In this document: positions 1-9,262 of the stretch, one piece after another
Position numbering within the stretch: the stretch's first letter is position 1
Layout: each line of letters starts with the position of its first letter
Source of the DNA: Candidatus Omnitrophota bacterium
GTDB taxonomy: Bacteria; Omnitrophota; Gorgyraeia; 2-01-FULL-45-10
Direction: 5' to 3'
Length of the DNA: 64,000 nucleotides
NCBI GenBank assembly: GCA_026387175.1
Contig: JAPLME010000003.1
Span: 41,178 to 105,177, forward strand
Notes under the pieces: generated by a model
What the model saw: the letters and a program-made list of their open reading frames with translations, nothing else
The model's database searches: none
What the model was told of the DNA's origin: nothing
Translations under genes and position numbers: made by a program

Positions 1-693
1 GCCACCCGATCTGAAGACATCCACTCTTAAATCTTCCGGCTTTACCTCGATATCAACTTCCTCCGCCTCCGGCAATACCGCTACCGTAGCGGCAGACGTA
101 TGGATCCGGCCACTCGCTTCGGTCTCCGGCACTCTTTGGACACGATGGGTACCGGACTCAAATTTCATCTTACCGTAAACCCCCGAGCCCGATATGGAGC
201 AGATTACTTCCTTATATCCGCCTTTTTCGCTGAGGCTGGAATCTATAAGCTCCACCTTCCAGCCGTTCTTCGCCGCGTATCTCGAATACATTCTTAGGAG
301 GTCTGCCGCAAAGAGAGCCGCCTCCACGCCACCGGTGCCGGCTCTTATCTCTATAATGATGCCCCTGTTTCCTCCGGAATCCTTCTCCAGCACCATATCT
401 TCCAGGCTGGCCGCGGATTTTTTCAGGGCCTCACTGAGCCTGTGTTTCTCCTCCTCCGCCAGGACCAGGAACTCCTTATCATGGGTCTTGTCGCTGAGCA
501 CCTTCTCCAGGTCTTTAATATCCGCCGTCATCTTCATGTGCTCGTTATACGCGTTGATTATCGGCGTAAGCGAGGATAACTCCTTGGCATACGACTGGTA
601 CTCAGAGCTATTACCAATGACTTTCGGATCGGCCAATAACTCATGCAGACGGTCATACCTCTTTCGGCGCTCTTCAATTATCTTCTCGATCAT
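1..693 (-). CDS. prfA: Peptide chain release factor 1 (5' part; runs off the window)
   Basis: Hand translation from ATG at 693 gives [16 protein letters not shown]...[36 protein letters not shown]...[11 protein letters not shown], with an RF1 PxT motif. Follows rpmE. Not in the ORF track because the stop is outside the window. Confidence 0.93.
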   Translation of the reverse strand, partial: MIEKIIEERRKRYDRLHELLADPKVIGNSSEYQSYAKELSSLTPIINAYNEHMKMTADIKDLEKVLSDKTHDKEFLVLAEEEKHRLSEALKKSAASLEDMVLEKDSGGNRGIIIEIRAGTGGVEAALFAADLLRMYSRYAAKNGWKVELIDSSLSEKGGYKEVICSISGSGVYGKMKFESGTHRVQRVPETEASGRIHTSAATVAVLPEAEEVDIEVKPEDLRVDVFRSGG

Positions 694-699
694 ACTTTA

Positions 700-972
700 T
701 TAAGCGGTTTTACCTTCGCCGGGCTTTTCCTCTTTTTTCACTTCGGCCTTTTCAGCCTTCACCTTAGGCTTGGTCTTGCCCGCGTAGCGCTTCGAGAACT
801 TCTCGATGCGGCCGGCGGAGTCGACCAGTTTCTGCGTGCCGGTGAAGAACGGATGGCACTTCGAACAGAGATCGACATGTATACTCGGCTTTGTTGAGCG
901 GGTCTTTATCACCTCGCCGCAAACGCAGACTATCGTAGACTCTTTATATACAGGATGAATTTTATCCTTCAT
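700..972 (-). CDS. rpmE: 50S ribosomal protein L31 (Zn-binding type, Lys-rich C-tail)
   Basis: [39 protein letters not shown]. Confidence 0.96.
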   Translation of the reverse strand: MKDKIHPVYKESTIVCVCGEVIKTRSTKPSIHVDLCSKCHPFFTGTQKLVDSAGRIEKFSKRYAGKTKPKVKAEKAEVKKEEKPGEGKTA

Positions 973-978
973 ACTCCC

Positions 979-1036
979 CTCCTAGTTTATTCAGCCTTAT
1001 TGCAGGCTAAGTGCCGATATCTCTGATATCGGCCTT
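979..1036. repeat. 58-bp dispersed hairpin repeat, copy 1 (copy 2 at 23711-23768)
   Basis: 55/58 identity by manual alignment. Contains the GCCGATATC-TCT-GATATCGGC hairpin and the AGGAG SD of the downstream gene. Confidence 0.9.
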
Positions 1037-1051
1037 ATTTTATTTTTTGCT

Positions 1052-2299
1052 TTACTGGTTCATCGACATTAAAAATTCGGCATTCGTCTTCGTCTTCGAC
1101 AGCTTCTCTATCAATAACTGCATAGCCTCGTCGCTATTAAGCTCGTTCAGCGCCTTCCTCATGAGCCATATGCGCTTCAGCTCATCGGGATGGAGCAGCA
1201 GCTCTTCCTTCCTGGTGTTCGACCGCTTTATATCGATCGCGGGATATATCCTCTTCTGGAAGAGGTTCCTGTCCATCTGGAGTTCCATATTGCCGGTGCC
1301 CTTGAACTCTTCGAATATGACATCGTCCATCCTGGAGCCGGTATCGATGAGGGCCGTCGCTATTATCGTGAGACTTCCCCCCTCCTCGATATTACGCGCG
1401 GCGCCGAAGAACCTCTTCGGCTTCTGCAGAGCGTTCGAATCGACGCCTCCGGATAGTATCTTGCCCGAATGCGGCACGACCGAATTGTATGCGCGCGCGA
1501 GCCGCGTAATCGAGTCAAGCAGTATCACAACGTCTTTCTTGGACTCGACCAGCCTCTTCGCCTTCTCGAGCACTATCTCCGCCACCTGTATGTGCCTCTC
1601 CGCCGGCTCATCGAACGTGGAGCTTATCACCTCGCCCTTCACCGAGCGCTGCATATCCGTGACCTCTTCCGGGCGCTCGTCTATCAGAAGCACTATCAGC
1701 ACGACTTCGGGATAATTTGTAGTTATGGAATTCGCGAACTTCTGCAGGAGCACCGTCTTGCCGCTGTACGGAGGCGCGACTATCAGGCCCCTCTGCCCCT
1801 TTCCGACCGGCGCGAGGAGATCCATTATCCTCATCGATATCTCCTTGGGACTACTCTCCAGTATGAAGCGCTTATTCGGATAGAGCGGGGTAAGATTATC
1901 GAAGAGCGTCTTGTCCTTGGTCTCATCCGGATTTCCTAAATTAACCGCCTCCACCTTGAGCAGCGCGAAGTATCTCTCGCCCTCCTTCGGCGGGCGGATC
2001 TGGCCGCTGACCGTATCGCCGGTACGCAGGTTAAAACGGCGTATCTGGGACGGGGATACGTATATGTCGTCGGGCCCGGGGAGATAATTATAATCGGGAC
2101 TCCTCATGAATCCAAATCCGTCCGGAAGTATCTCCAGCACGCCCTCGCCGAATATAAGGCCCTCCTTTTCGGTCTTGGCCTGCAGGATCTTGAATATGAG
2201 ATCCTGCTTCTTCAGTCCGCTCATGCCGTTGACATTGAGGTCCTTCGCAAGCTTCGTCAATTCGGCGATGCTCATCGCCTTGAGCTCGGCTATCTCCAT
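1052..2299 (-). CDS. rho: Transcription termination factor Rho
   Basis: [51 protein letters not shown]. Start placed at MEIAELK (GGAGG SD upstream) rather than 2461. Confidence 0.97.
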   Translation of the reverse strand: MEIAELKAMSIAELTKLAKDLNVNGMSGLKKQDLIFKILQAKTEKEGLIFGEGVLEILPDGFGFMRSPDYNYLPGPDDIYVSPSQIRRFNLRTGDTVSGQIRPPKEGERYFALLKVEAVNLGNPDETKDKTLFDNLTPLYPNKRFILESSPKEISMRIMDLLAPVGKGQRGLIVAPPYSGKTVLLQKFANSITTNYPEVVLIVLLIDERPEEVTDMQRSVKGEVISSTFDEPAERHIQVAEIVLEKAKRLVESKKDVVILLDSITRLARAYNSVVPHSGKILSGGVDSNALQKPKRFFGAARNIEEGGSLTIIATALIDTGSRMDDVIFEEFKGTGNMELQMDRNLFQKRIYPAIDIKRSNTRKEELLLHPDELKRIWLMRKALNELNSDEAMQLLIEKLSKTKTNAEFLMSMNQ

Positions 2300-2880
2300 A
2301 CGATTTCCTCCCATACTTTTCTTACCTGGCTTCTCGTCAGGCTTCTCGTCCTGTCGTTCCGCACGACGAAGTCCGCCATTTTCAGTTTTCTCTTCATTGA
2401 TATCTGGCTCCTTATCCTCTTTAACACTTCTTCCCTCTTTATGTGAAACTTTTTTAAGCATCTCTCGATCTGCCTTTTTTTAGAACTTTTAACAACGACC
2501 AGTTTATCGACTATATTTAAAAGACGCGCCTCGATCAAAAGCGGCGCATCTATAACCACGACGGCGTTTTTACCGGCCGCCTTAATTTTCGCCTTTATCA
2601 CCCGTATGACTTCGGGGTGCACTATTCTGTTCAATTTCTTGACCGACCGTTTACTGCTGAACGCCAGAGCGGCAAGCTTCTTCCTGTCGATCTCGCGGCC
2701 GGGCGCGAGTATACCGGAGCCGAAAGCGCCGATTATCTTTTTATATGCAGGCTTACCCTTCTTAATAACTCCATGAGCGATCGTATCGGCGTCTATGACG
2801 CTGGCTCCGAGGGACTTAAATATCGAGGCCACAAACGTCTTACCCGTGCCAAAAGATCCCGTCAGCCCTATTACCGTCAC
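2290..2880 (-). CDS. coaE: Dephospho-CoA kinase
   Basis: [13 protein letters not shown]-loop, [32 protein letters not shown]. Confidence 0.95.
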   Translation of the reverse strand: MTVIGLTGSFGTGKTFVASIFKSLGASVIDADTIAHGVIKKGKPAYKKIIGAFGSGILAPGREIDRKKLAALAFSSKRSVKKLNRIVHPEVIRVIKAKIKAAGKNAVVVIDAPLLIEARLLNIVDKLVVVKSSKKRQIERCLKKFHIKREEVLKRIRSQISMKRKLKMADFVVRNDRTRSLTRSQVRKVWEEIVWR

Positions 2881-2881
2881 T

Positions 2882-4270
2882 CTATCGCCTCCGGATCTTA
2901 TTATAGAGCCCTATATAATCCTTCGCCGAGACTTTCCATGAGAAGTCGAGCTCCATGACCTTCTTAACGAACTCTCTCCATGCGCTCCTGTGCTGGTGAA
3001 GGCTAAGCGCCTTCTTTATTGCCGCAAGAAGCGCCTCCGGCTTATATTCTTCGAAGGTGAATCCGGTGCCTTCCTTAGTATCAAGCGCGTATTCGCGTAT
3101 GCTGTCCTTTAGTCCCCCTGTCCGGCGCGCGACGGGGATGGTGCCGTATTTGTAACTTATCATCTGGCTCAAGCCGCACGGCTCATATCTGGACGGGATT
3201 AAAAATATATCACAGGCCGCGTAAATCTTCTCCGCGAGGATAGCGTCAAACTTTAAATTTATCGATGTATTCTTCTGGTGCGCCTTCGCCATCTTTTCCA
3301 GGAGCACGTGGTATTTATGATCTCCTACGCCCAATAAAACGAACTGCACCTTCATACTCAAAATATCATTAATTATCTTCGCGAGTATATCCATGCCCTT
3401 CTGGTCTGCCAGGCGCGATATGATACCTATCATCGGAATATCGCAGTCGACCTTCAATCCCAGATCCTTCTGCAGGGCCTCTTTATTGATATACTTGTCG
3501 TCGAGGTTCTCTATCGAATAATTCTTCACCAGTTCGGTATTGGTAGCCGGATTCCAGATATCGTAATCTATGCCGTTCAGGATACCGTAAAGAACATCCT
3601 TCCTGGTCTGTAGTACCCCTTCTAAGCCGCAGCCGTATTCTTTCGTCAATATCTCCCTGGCATATGTCGGGCTCACGGTGCTTACCGCGTCGGCATAGAC
3701 GATACCGGCCTTCATCAAATTGATCTGTCCGTAAAATTCGAAATAGTGTATGTGAAACAATGCCCAATCCAGCCCCATCTTCGGGAAATCATCTTTATGG
3801 AAGAGGCCCTGATAGGCTATATTATGGATCGTAAATAGCGTGCGGGTATTCGCGAAGAACGGGTCGTATTTATAGATGGTATTGAGGTATACCGGAATAA
3901 GCGCCGTATGCCAGTCATTGCAATGTATTATATCGGGCCTGAAGCCTTCCTTTATGCACCTCTCCAGGACCTGTCTCGAGAAGAACGCGAAGCGGTCGAG
4001 GTTATCGGCGTAATCTCCGAACTTATCGCCGTAGAGCTCTTTTCTGTTGAAATAATCATCGTTCTCGACCAGATAGACCTTCACGTTTTTGCCTATCGTC
4101 GTCTCGCTGTCAGCGGTTTTAACGGAGCGGTATTTCGGCATTATGACGCGCACATCCACGCCGAGGGCTTCGAGCGCTATAGGCAGGCTCCCTGCGACAT
4201 CCGCCAGTCCGCCTGTCTTGGCGAACGGCACAACCTCGCTCGACGCGAATAGTACTTTCAATTTTTCCAA
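2882..4270 (-). CDS. glgA: Glycogen synthase (GT5)
   Basis: EVVPFAKTGGLADV, HCNDWHT, PSRYEPCGLSQM, TGGLKD. Confidence 0.96.
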   Translation of the reverse strand: MEKLKVLFASSEVVPFAKTGGLADVAGSLPIALEALGVDVRVIMPKYRSVKTADSETTIGKNVKVYLVENDDYFNRKELYGDKFGDYADNLDRFAFFSRQVLERCIKEGFRPDIIHCNDWHTALIPVYLNTIYKYDPFFANTRTLFTIHNIAYQGLFHKDDFPKMGLDWALFHIHYFEFYGQINLMKAGIVYADAVSTVSPTYAREILTKEYGCGLEGVLQTRKDVLYGILNGIDYDIWNPATNTELVKNYSIENLDDKYINKEALQKDLGLKVDCDIPMIGIISRLADQKGMDILAKIINDILSMKVQFVLLGVGDHKYHVLLEKMAKAHQKNTSINLKFDAILAEKIYAACDIFLIPSRYEPCGLSQMISYKYGTIPVARRTGGLKDSIREYALDTKEGTGFTFEEYKPEALLAAIKKALSLHQHRSAWREFVKKVMELDFSWKVSAKDYIGLYNKIRRR

Positions 4271-4292
4271 TTCAGATCTCCCCTGGCGGCAA

Positions 4293-6959
4293 CTAAGAGC
4301 CGTATTTCTCCTGCTCCAGCCAATTTTTGCCGACCTCTATATGCGCCTCGACCGGCACTTTCAATTTTATGACATTCTCCATGCCGTCTTTCACGATCCG
4401 GTAGCTCTCTTCCAATTCCTTCTTCGGGACGTCGAAGACGAGCTCATCATGGACCTGCAGCGTCATCTTTGTCCCCAATCCCTTCCTGGCAAGTTTTTCG
4501 TTTATGGCTATCATCGCGACCTTTATCACATCGGCCGCGGATCCCTGGATCGGCGCATTTATGGCGGTCCTCTCCGCGAACTGCCTCATCCTCATATCGG
4601 GGCTGTTTATTTCCGGGATATAACGCCGGCGCCCCAGAATGGTTGTAACGTAACCTTTCTCCCTGGCCTCGACCATCAGCGACTCCATATATTGTTTAAC
4701 GTCGGGATATCTCTCGAAGTAAGCGTCGATAAACTCCTTGGCCTTACTCACGTCTATATTCAAGCTCTGAGATAGCCCGTACGGGCTCATCCCGTAGATT
4801 ATGCCGAAGTTGACGGTCTTGGCCATGCCGCGCATCTCAGCCGTAACATCTTTTTCATCCACATTAAAGACCAGGCTCGCCGTGAACGAATGGATGTCTA
4901 GGCCTTCCCTGAACGCCTTCGTGAGGTGTTTGTCGCCGGACATATGCGCCAGTATCCTGAGTTCGATCTGCGAATAGTCCGCCGAAAGGAGCAGCCTTTC
5001 TTTCCCTGAGGGAATGAAAGCTCTTCGTATCTTTCGCCCCTCCTCGGTCCTTATCGGGATATTCTGCAGATTCGGCCCGCTCGATGAAAGCCTGCCCGTC
5101 GCGGTGACCGCCTGATTAAACGAAGTATGTATCTTGTGCGTCTTCGGATTCAGAAGATCCGGAAGAGAATCCACATATGTGGATTTAAGCTTAGAAAGCT
5201 CCCTGTATTCCAAAAGCGTCTGTGGCAATTTATGTAAGGAGGCGAGTTTCGTAAGGACCTCTTCGTCGGTGGAGTTCCCTGTCTTGGTCCTTCTGATCAC
5301 CGGAAGCTTGAGCTTTTCGAACAGTATCTCCGAAAGCTGTTTCGGCGAGTTGATATTGAACTCCGCGCCCGCCATCTCATATATATTCTTCGTAAGCCTG
5401 GCCAGTTTCTTTTCCATCTCGGATGAGAGGTCGGCAAGATATTCTTTATCTATGGAAACGCCCGTTATCTCCATCGAGGCCAGGACCTCTATAAGTGGCA
5501 TCTCCACCTTGTAGAAGAGGTCGTCCAGGCCCTTATCGGAGATCTCTTTCTCCAATATTTTGGCCAGGCGCAGCGTCACATCGCTGTCTTCACAGCAGTA
5601 CGCGCATACTCTGCCGACATCGACAAGATCCATTGTGATCGCTTTTTTGCCTTTACCTATCAGCTCTTCTATAGGCGTAGTCATCTTATGGTTCAGATAT
5701 TCGATCGAGATCTCTTCCAGATTATGGTTCGGCTTCGAAGGATTAAGGAGGTACGAAGCCACCATGGTATCAAAGAACTCACCGGCAAGTTTTATGCCAT
5801 AGTTAGCCAAAATTATATATTCATATTTGATATTCTGGCCGATCTTCCTGACGGACGCGTCTTCAAAGATGGTTTTGAGCTCACCGAGAACGGTATCGCA
5901 ATCAAAGTACTTATTAACTGGCACATAACAAGCACGCCCCACTTTCCATGAAAAAGAGACTCCGACAAGAGAAGCCAGCATCGGATCTTCGGATGTCGTC
6001 TCAAAATCGAATGCGAATTCATCCAGATCCCTTAGTTCTTCTACGAGTTTTTTGAATTTCTTGTCATCATCGATCAGTTCGTATACGGATTTAAGTGCTT
6101 TCTTGGGAGTGAATTCCTTTATGAGCGACTTAAATTCCAGTTCCTTGAAGAGCTCCAAAAGCTTTTCCTGATCGGGCTCTTTAAGAACAAGTGCTTTAAA
6201 GTCGATATCTATCGGCACATTCGTATCGACTACGGCAAGCTCTCTGCTCAAGACAGCGATCTTCTCATTTTCACGCAGCGTCTTTTTTCTTGCTTCGCCT
6301 TTAACCTTATCGACATTCTTCAAGAGATTATCGAGGCTCCCGAATTCACTGATGAGTTCTATGGCGGTCTTTTCACCGATACCCTGAACACCGGGTATAT
6401 TGTCCGAGGTATCACCCATCAACGCCATTATGTCAGGCATCATATCAGGGGTAACGCCGTACCTCTCCTTTACCTTGCCCGCATCATAGATCAGGCCGTC
6501 TTTATTCGTGTTATAGACTTTTATATGGTTATTGACAAGCTGAAGGGCATCTTTATCGCCGGTGGCGATAAAGGTCTCGATATCGTTCTCTTCTGCCTTC
6601 TTCGCTATAGTTGCCAGGACATCGTCAGCCTCATAGCCTTCCAACTGGTATATAGGTATATTGTAGGCTGAGACCACTTTCTTGATATAAGGCATCTGTC
6701 CCACAAGCTCATCGGGCATGGGTTTACGGTGTATCTTATACTCCTCATATCTCTTATGCCTGAAAGTCGGACCCTTCATATCGAAAGCCACCGCCAGCAT
6801 ATCAGGCGCGTTATCTTTGATTATCTTGCCCAGCATGGTCACGAAGCCATATACGGCATTGGTCGGCTGGCCCCTGGAATTGGAAAGCGACCGTATGGCA
6901 TAAAAAGCCCTATAGCAGAATGAATTTCCATCGATCAGAAAGAGTCTCTTTTTGGACAT
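4293..6959 (-). CDS. polA: DNA polymerase I
   Basis: 5'-3' exonuclease (LIDGNS, YEADD), 3'-5' exonuclease (FDFETT) and polymerase motifs (ATGRLSS, SADYSQIELR, QVHDEL). Confidence 0.98.
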   Translation of the reverse strand: MSKKRLFLIDGNSFCYRAFYAIRSLSNSRGQPTNAVYGFVTMLGKIIKDNAPDMLAVAFDMKGPTFRHKRYEEYKIHRKPMPDELVGQMPYIKKVVSAYNIPIYQLEGYEADDVLATIAKKAEENDIETFIATGDKDALQLVNNHIKVYNTNKDGLIYDAGKVKERYGVTPDMMPDIMALMGDTSDNIPGVQGIGEKTAIELISEFGSLDNLLKNVDKVKGEARKKTLRENEKIAVLSRELAVVDTNVPIDIDFKALVLKEPDQEKLLELFKELEFKSLIKEFTPKKALKSVYELIDDDKKFKKLVEELRDLDEFAFDFETTSEDPMLASLVGVSFSWKVGRACYVPVNKYFDCDTVLGELKTIFEDASVRKIGQNIKYEYIILANYGIKLAGEFFDTMVASYLLNPSKPNHNLEEISIEYLNHKMTTPIEELIGKGKKAITMDLVDVGRVCAYCCEDSDVTLRLAKILEKEISDKGLDDLFYKVEMPLIEVLASMEITGVSIDKEYLADLSSEMEKKLARLTKNIYEMAGAEFNINSPKQLSEILFEKLKLPVIRRTKTGNSTDEEVLTKLASLHKLPQTLLEYRELSKLKSTYVDSLPDLLNPKTHKIHTSFNQAVTATGRLSSSGPNLQNIPIRTEEGRKIRRAFIPSGKERLLLSADYSQIELRILAHMSGDKHLTKAFREGLDIHSFTASLVFNVDEKDVTAEMRGMAKTVNFGIIYGMSPYGLSQSLNIDVSKAKEFIDAYFERYPDVKQYMESLMVEAREKGYVTTILGRRRYIPEINSPDMRMRQFAERTAINAPIQGSAADVIKVAMIAINEKLARKGLGTKMTLQVHDELVFDVPKKELEESYRIVKDGMENVIKLKVPVEAHIEVGKNWLEQEKYGS

Positions 6960-7091
6960 TACACGGCAAGCCTTATGAGGTATGTTTACAGAGGGATGCT
7001 TTCAACATTTATAATAGATTCTATTTTTTAGGGATTTAATCTCTCGGAAATCAATGCGAAAGAGGACGTCAGAACCACTAAACCTATATTA

Positions 7092-7119
7092 ATTATACGG
7101 ATATATGCGGTTTTGTCAA
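7092..7119 (-). promoter_or_regulatory. Sigma70-type promoter for the polA operon
   Basis: TTGACA-N16-TATAAT on the minus strand. Confidence 0.7.
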
Positions 7120-7144
7120 CAAAAATTATGCTTATTACCTTATT

Positions 7145-7348
7145 TCAATGTTTCGCGTCACTGCCGTCAATGCGGCCCGTGTATTCATTCGAGGCATAGC
7201 CCTGCCCATGGCCGCCCCGATACGGACTGCCGTAAACAGCAGGACTGGCTGGATTTTTCAGATGCTGCCTGTTCAGCAATAGTACCGCTATAACAAGAAA
7301 TATTAACGCCAACAATATTTGACTTATAAACACTACCGGCTTCTTCAT
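7145..7348 (-). CDS. Small hypothetical protein with N-terminal hydrophobic helix
   Basis: 67 aa, MKK followed by a hydrophobic stretch, purine-rich SD-like sequence upstream; no family recognised. Confidence 0.45.
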   Translation of the reverse strand: MKKPVVFISQILLALIFLVIAVLLLNRQHLKNPASPAVYGSPYRGGHGQGYASNEYTGRIDGSDAKH

Positions 7349-7387
7349 TTATATGCCCCTTTCTTTCCTGAACCCTGACTTATCCAC

Positions 7388-7419
7388 ATTGTAGCTGACG
7401 TTTAAACGTCAGCTACAAT
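7388..7419. repeat. Perfect 32-bp palindrome (GTAG-type REP-like) containing the RT stop codon
   Basis: ATTGTAGCTGACGTTTAAACGTCAGCTACAAT equals its own reverse complement. Confidence 0.88.
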
Positions 7420-8500
7420 CATGGTATCCAGTAATATATCCTTGAGCGAACTCTCGAGCTTTTTATGTACCAGATCCTTAAACAGCCTATGCCGCAAGCC
7501 GCCTGTACTGGCGTGCTTGCTGTGCGCCACCCAACAGCGGACGGAATCGCGGATCTCCTTCTCATTCATTTCGCCGTTTTCAAAGAGATGAGTAAATTTC
7601 CCGAGCCTTTTTCTGAAGCGCCTGACATTATCAGATGTAAGGCGCCTATAATCCTTATATATCCTGAACCCTAAGAACTTGATCCCTTTCTCGGTATTGT
7701 AAATCTGGGATTTTCCTTCATGCATCTGAAGCGCTAATCTCTCCTTTAAAAAATCCCTTATCTTACCTTTAACTTCAATAAGCGCTTTCTTATCATTGCC
7801 AAAGATCAAAAAATCATCCATATATCTTATGTAATGGCGAACCCTTAATTGAAACTTGACAAAATAATCCAACTCATTTAAGTAAAGGTTTGCGAGGAAC
7901 TGGCTAGTCAGGTTGCCTATAGGCAAACCTTTTACCATAGCTTCTGTGTTACCCCCCCCCCCCGGCATTTTCCGCTATCTGCCTCGCTGAATCGATTATC
8001 CCATTGATAAGCCGCAGTAGAGGCTCATCCGTAATTCTTTTGGCGAGCATACTTTTAAGTATACCGCGGTCAATCGAAGGGAAAAATTTCTTCACATCCG
8101 CGTGAAGACAGAACCTGTTCGACTTTAAAAACCTCTGGGCTCTGTCCAGGGCCTTATGCGACCCCTTATCCTTCCTGCAGGCGTATGAATCGTAAATAAA
8201 AGTCCTGTCAATGAACGGCTCGATAACGTCATGCACGGCATGATGGACTACCCTGTCCCTGAAAGGCGCGGCGGCGATCTTGCGCTCCTTCGGGTCGTAT
8301 ACGTTAAAGACACGGTACTTCCCGTGCCTGTAAGTCTTATCCGTCAATTCCCTGTGCAGTTTCTCGATCTCCTCTTCAAGAAGGAAGTTAAAATCCGCTA
8401 CCGAGTCCCTGTATCGCCGGGACCTCGCCGCCATATAGGCGGAACGATAGAGATTTTCTTTGGAAACTATCTGGGAATACAGGCCGGTTAATTTCTTCAT
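7402..8500 (-). CDS. DGR reverse transcriptase, split by a frameshift at a G12 tract (about 365 aa if G11)
   Basis: N-half 7949-8500 (YDPKERKIAAAPFRDRVVHHA, SYACRKDKGSH, ADVKKFFPSID). C-half 7402-7968 (GLPIGNLTSQFLANLYL, the DGR-type SQ motif; RYMDD; FLGF). The halves join at poly-C 7952-7963. Confidence 0.93.
7952..7963 (-). repeat. G12 homopolymer inside the RT gene (candidate contingency tract)
   Basis: 12 consecutive C on the + strand; the minus strand reads GCC GGG GGG GGG GGG TAA. Confidence 0.9.
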
Positions 8501-8533
8501 ATCCCTTTACTTCATTATAGTTATGGAACAAGA

Positions 8534-8656
8534 GAAGTCTTGGCACAGCGAATGCCGTTATTGTTGTTGCGATTAGCATTCGTGTTCGCCGCGTTGTTAC
8601 GGTCCGATACACGAGCGTTGGAACTGTCGTTGTTCCAATTGCCGCCGCGGTAGCCT
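8534..8656 (-). repeat. DGR template repeat (TR), 123 bp, 13 AAY codons
   Basis: Aligns ungapped to 9270-9392 with 18 mismatches, all at minus-strand TR adenines; lies between avd and RT. Confidence 0.97.
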
Positions 8657-8862
8657 ACAGCGCACAACAGCACTTACGGCGCCGCACCTGGATAATGCGT
8701 ATTAGCGCCTTACAGAAATATATTTAAATATCTCCATAAGGCGCCGTGGTTAATTTTTTCTTTTGTCATAAAAAACAAAGAAGGAAGGCGAGCGCCTGGA
8801 CTTCCCCTTTCCATATTCCGCTCCTGATATCCGTAAACATCAGGATTCTGGGCCTATACAAT

Positions 8863-9201
8863 TCAAAGAGCGGACGATTTTAACCAGCCGCCGACCATCT
8901 TCCCTACCTCTATGGACGATTGGCAGAAAAAATCATAAGCATGTATATTGACGTATTTCATATCTTTGGCTATACGCATCATAAAACGTAAGGCATCTAA
9001 CTTTAAATTTACTTTTATCAATATCTCTCTTTTATTTTTTGAATAAACAGCTTCGATCAACATCTCCAGTATATCCAGAAGGATCGTTTCGATCCTGTCC
9101 GCCAGTAAAAACCTCTGGTCCTTCGGAAAGTTCGCGATCTTGGGCAGCATCCAGAGGATCAACCGGTAATGCTTCTCGACTACGGGAGTTATTTTCTTCA
9201 T
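8863..9201 (-). CDS. avd: DGR accessory variability determinant (Avd, four-helix bundle)
   Basis: 112 aa with FPKDQRFLLADRI, LKLDALRFMMRIAKD and EVGKMVGGWLK, typical of bAvd-like proteins; located next to the TR. Confidence 0.92.
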   Translation of the reverse strand: MKKITPVVEKHYRLILWMLPKIANFPKDQRFLLADRIETILLDILEMLIEAVYSKNKREILIKVNLKLDALRFMMRIAKDMKYVNIHAYDFFCQSSIEVGKMVGGWLKSSAL

Positions 9202-9210
9202 TCAAACCTC

Positions 9211-9238
9211 AAAAAGGGATGTGTCCCCTTTTCAAAAA
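9211..9238. repeat. Hairpin downstream of the VR, also the left arm of a 28-bp inverted repeat flanking the target gene
   Basis: Minus strand AAAAGGGGA-CACA-TCCCTTTTT; 26/28 identical to the reverse complement of 10883-10910. Confidence 0.85.
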
Positions 9239-9262
9239 TTCAAAAACCCAAAGAGCTACAAA

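Noticed and set aside
2299-2461. 54-aa charged N-terminal extension of Rho overlapping coaE (possible dual coding)
   Set aside because: The coaE frame has a normal C-terminus here and a GGAGG SD sits right before MEIAELK at 2299; the open upstream frame is probably incidental.
7402-8500. Group II intron, retron or CRISPR-associated RT
   Set aside because: The GNLTSQ motif, small size, adjacent avd and A-specific TR/VR pair identify a DGR RT; no intron domains or cas genes were seen.
8388-8612. 74-aa ORF across the TR
   Set aside because: It overlaps the TR and the RT start in another frame; its Thr-rich content just reflects AAC repeats read off-frame.
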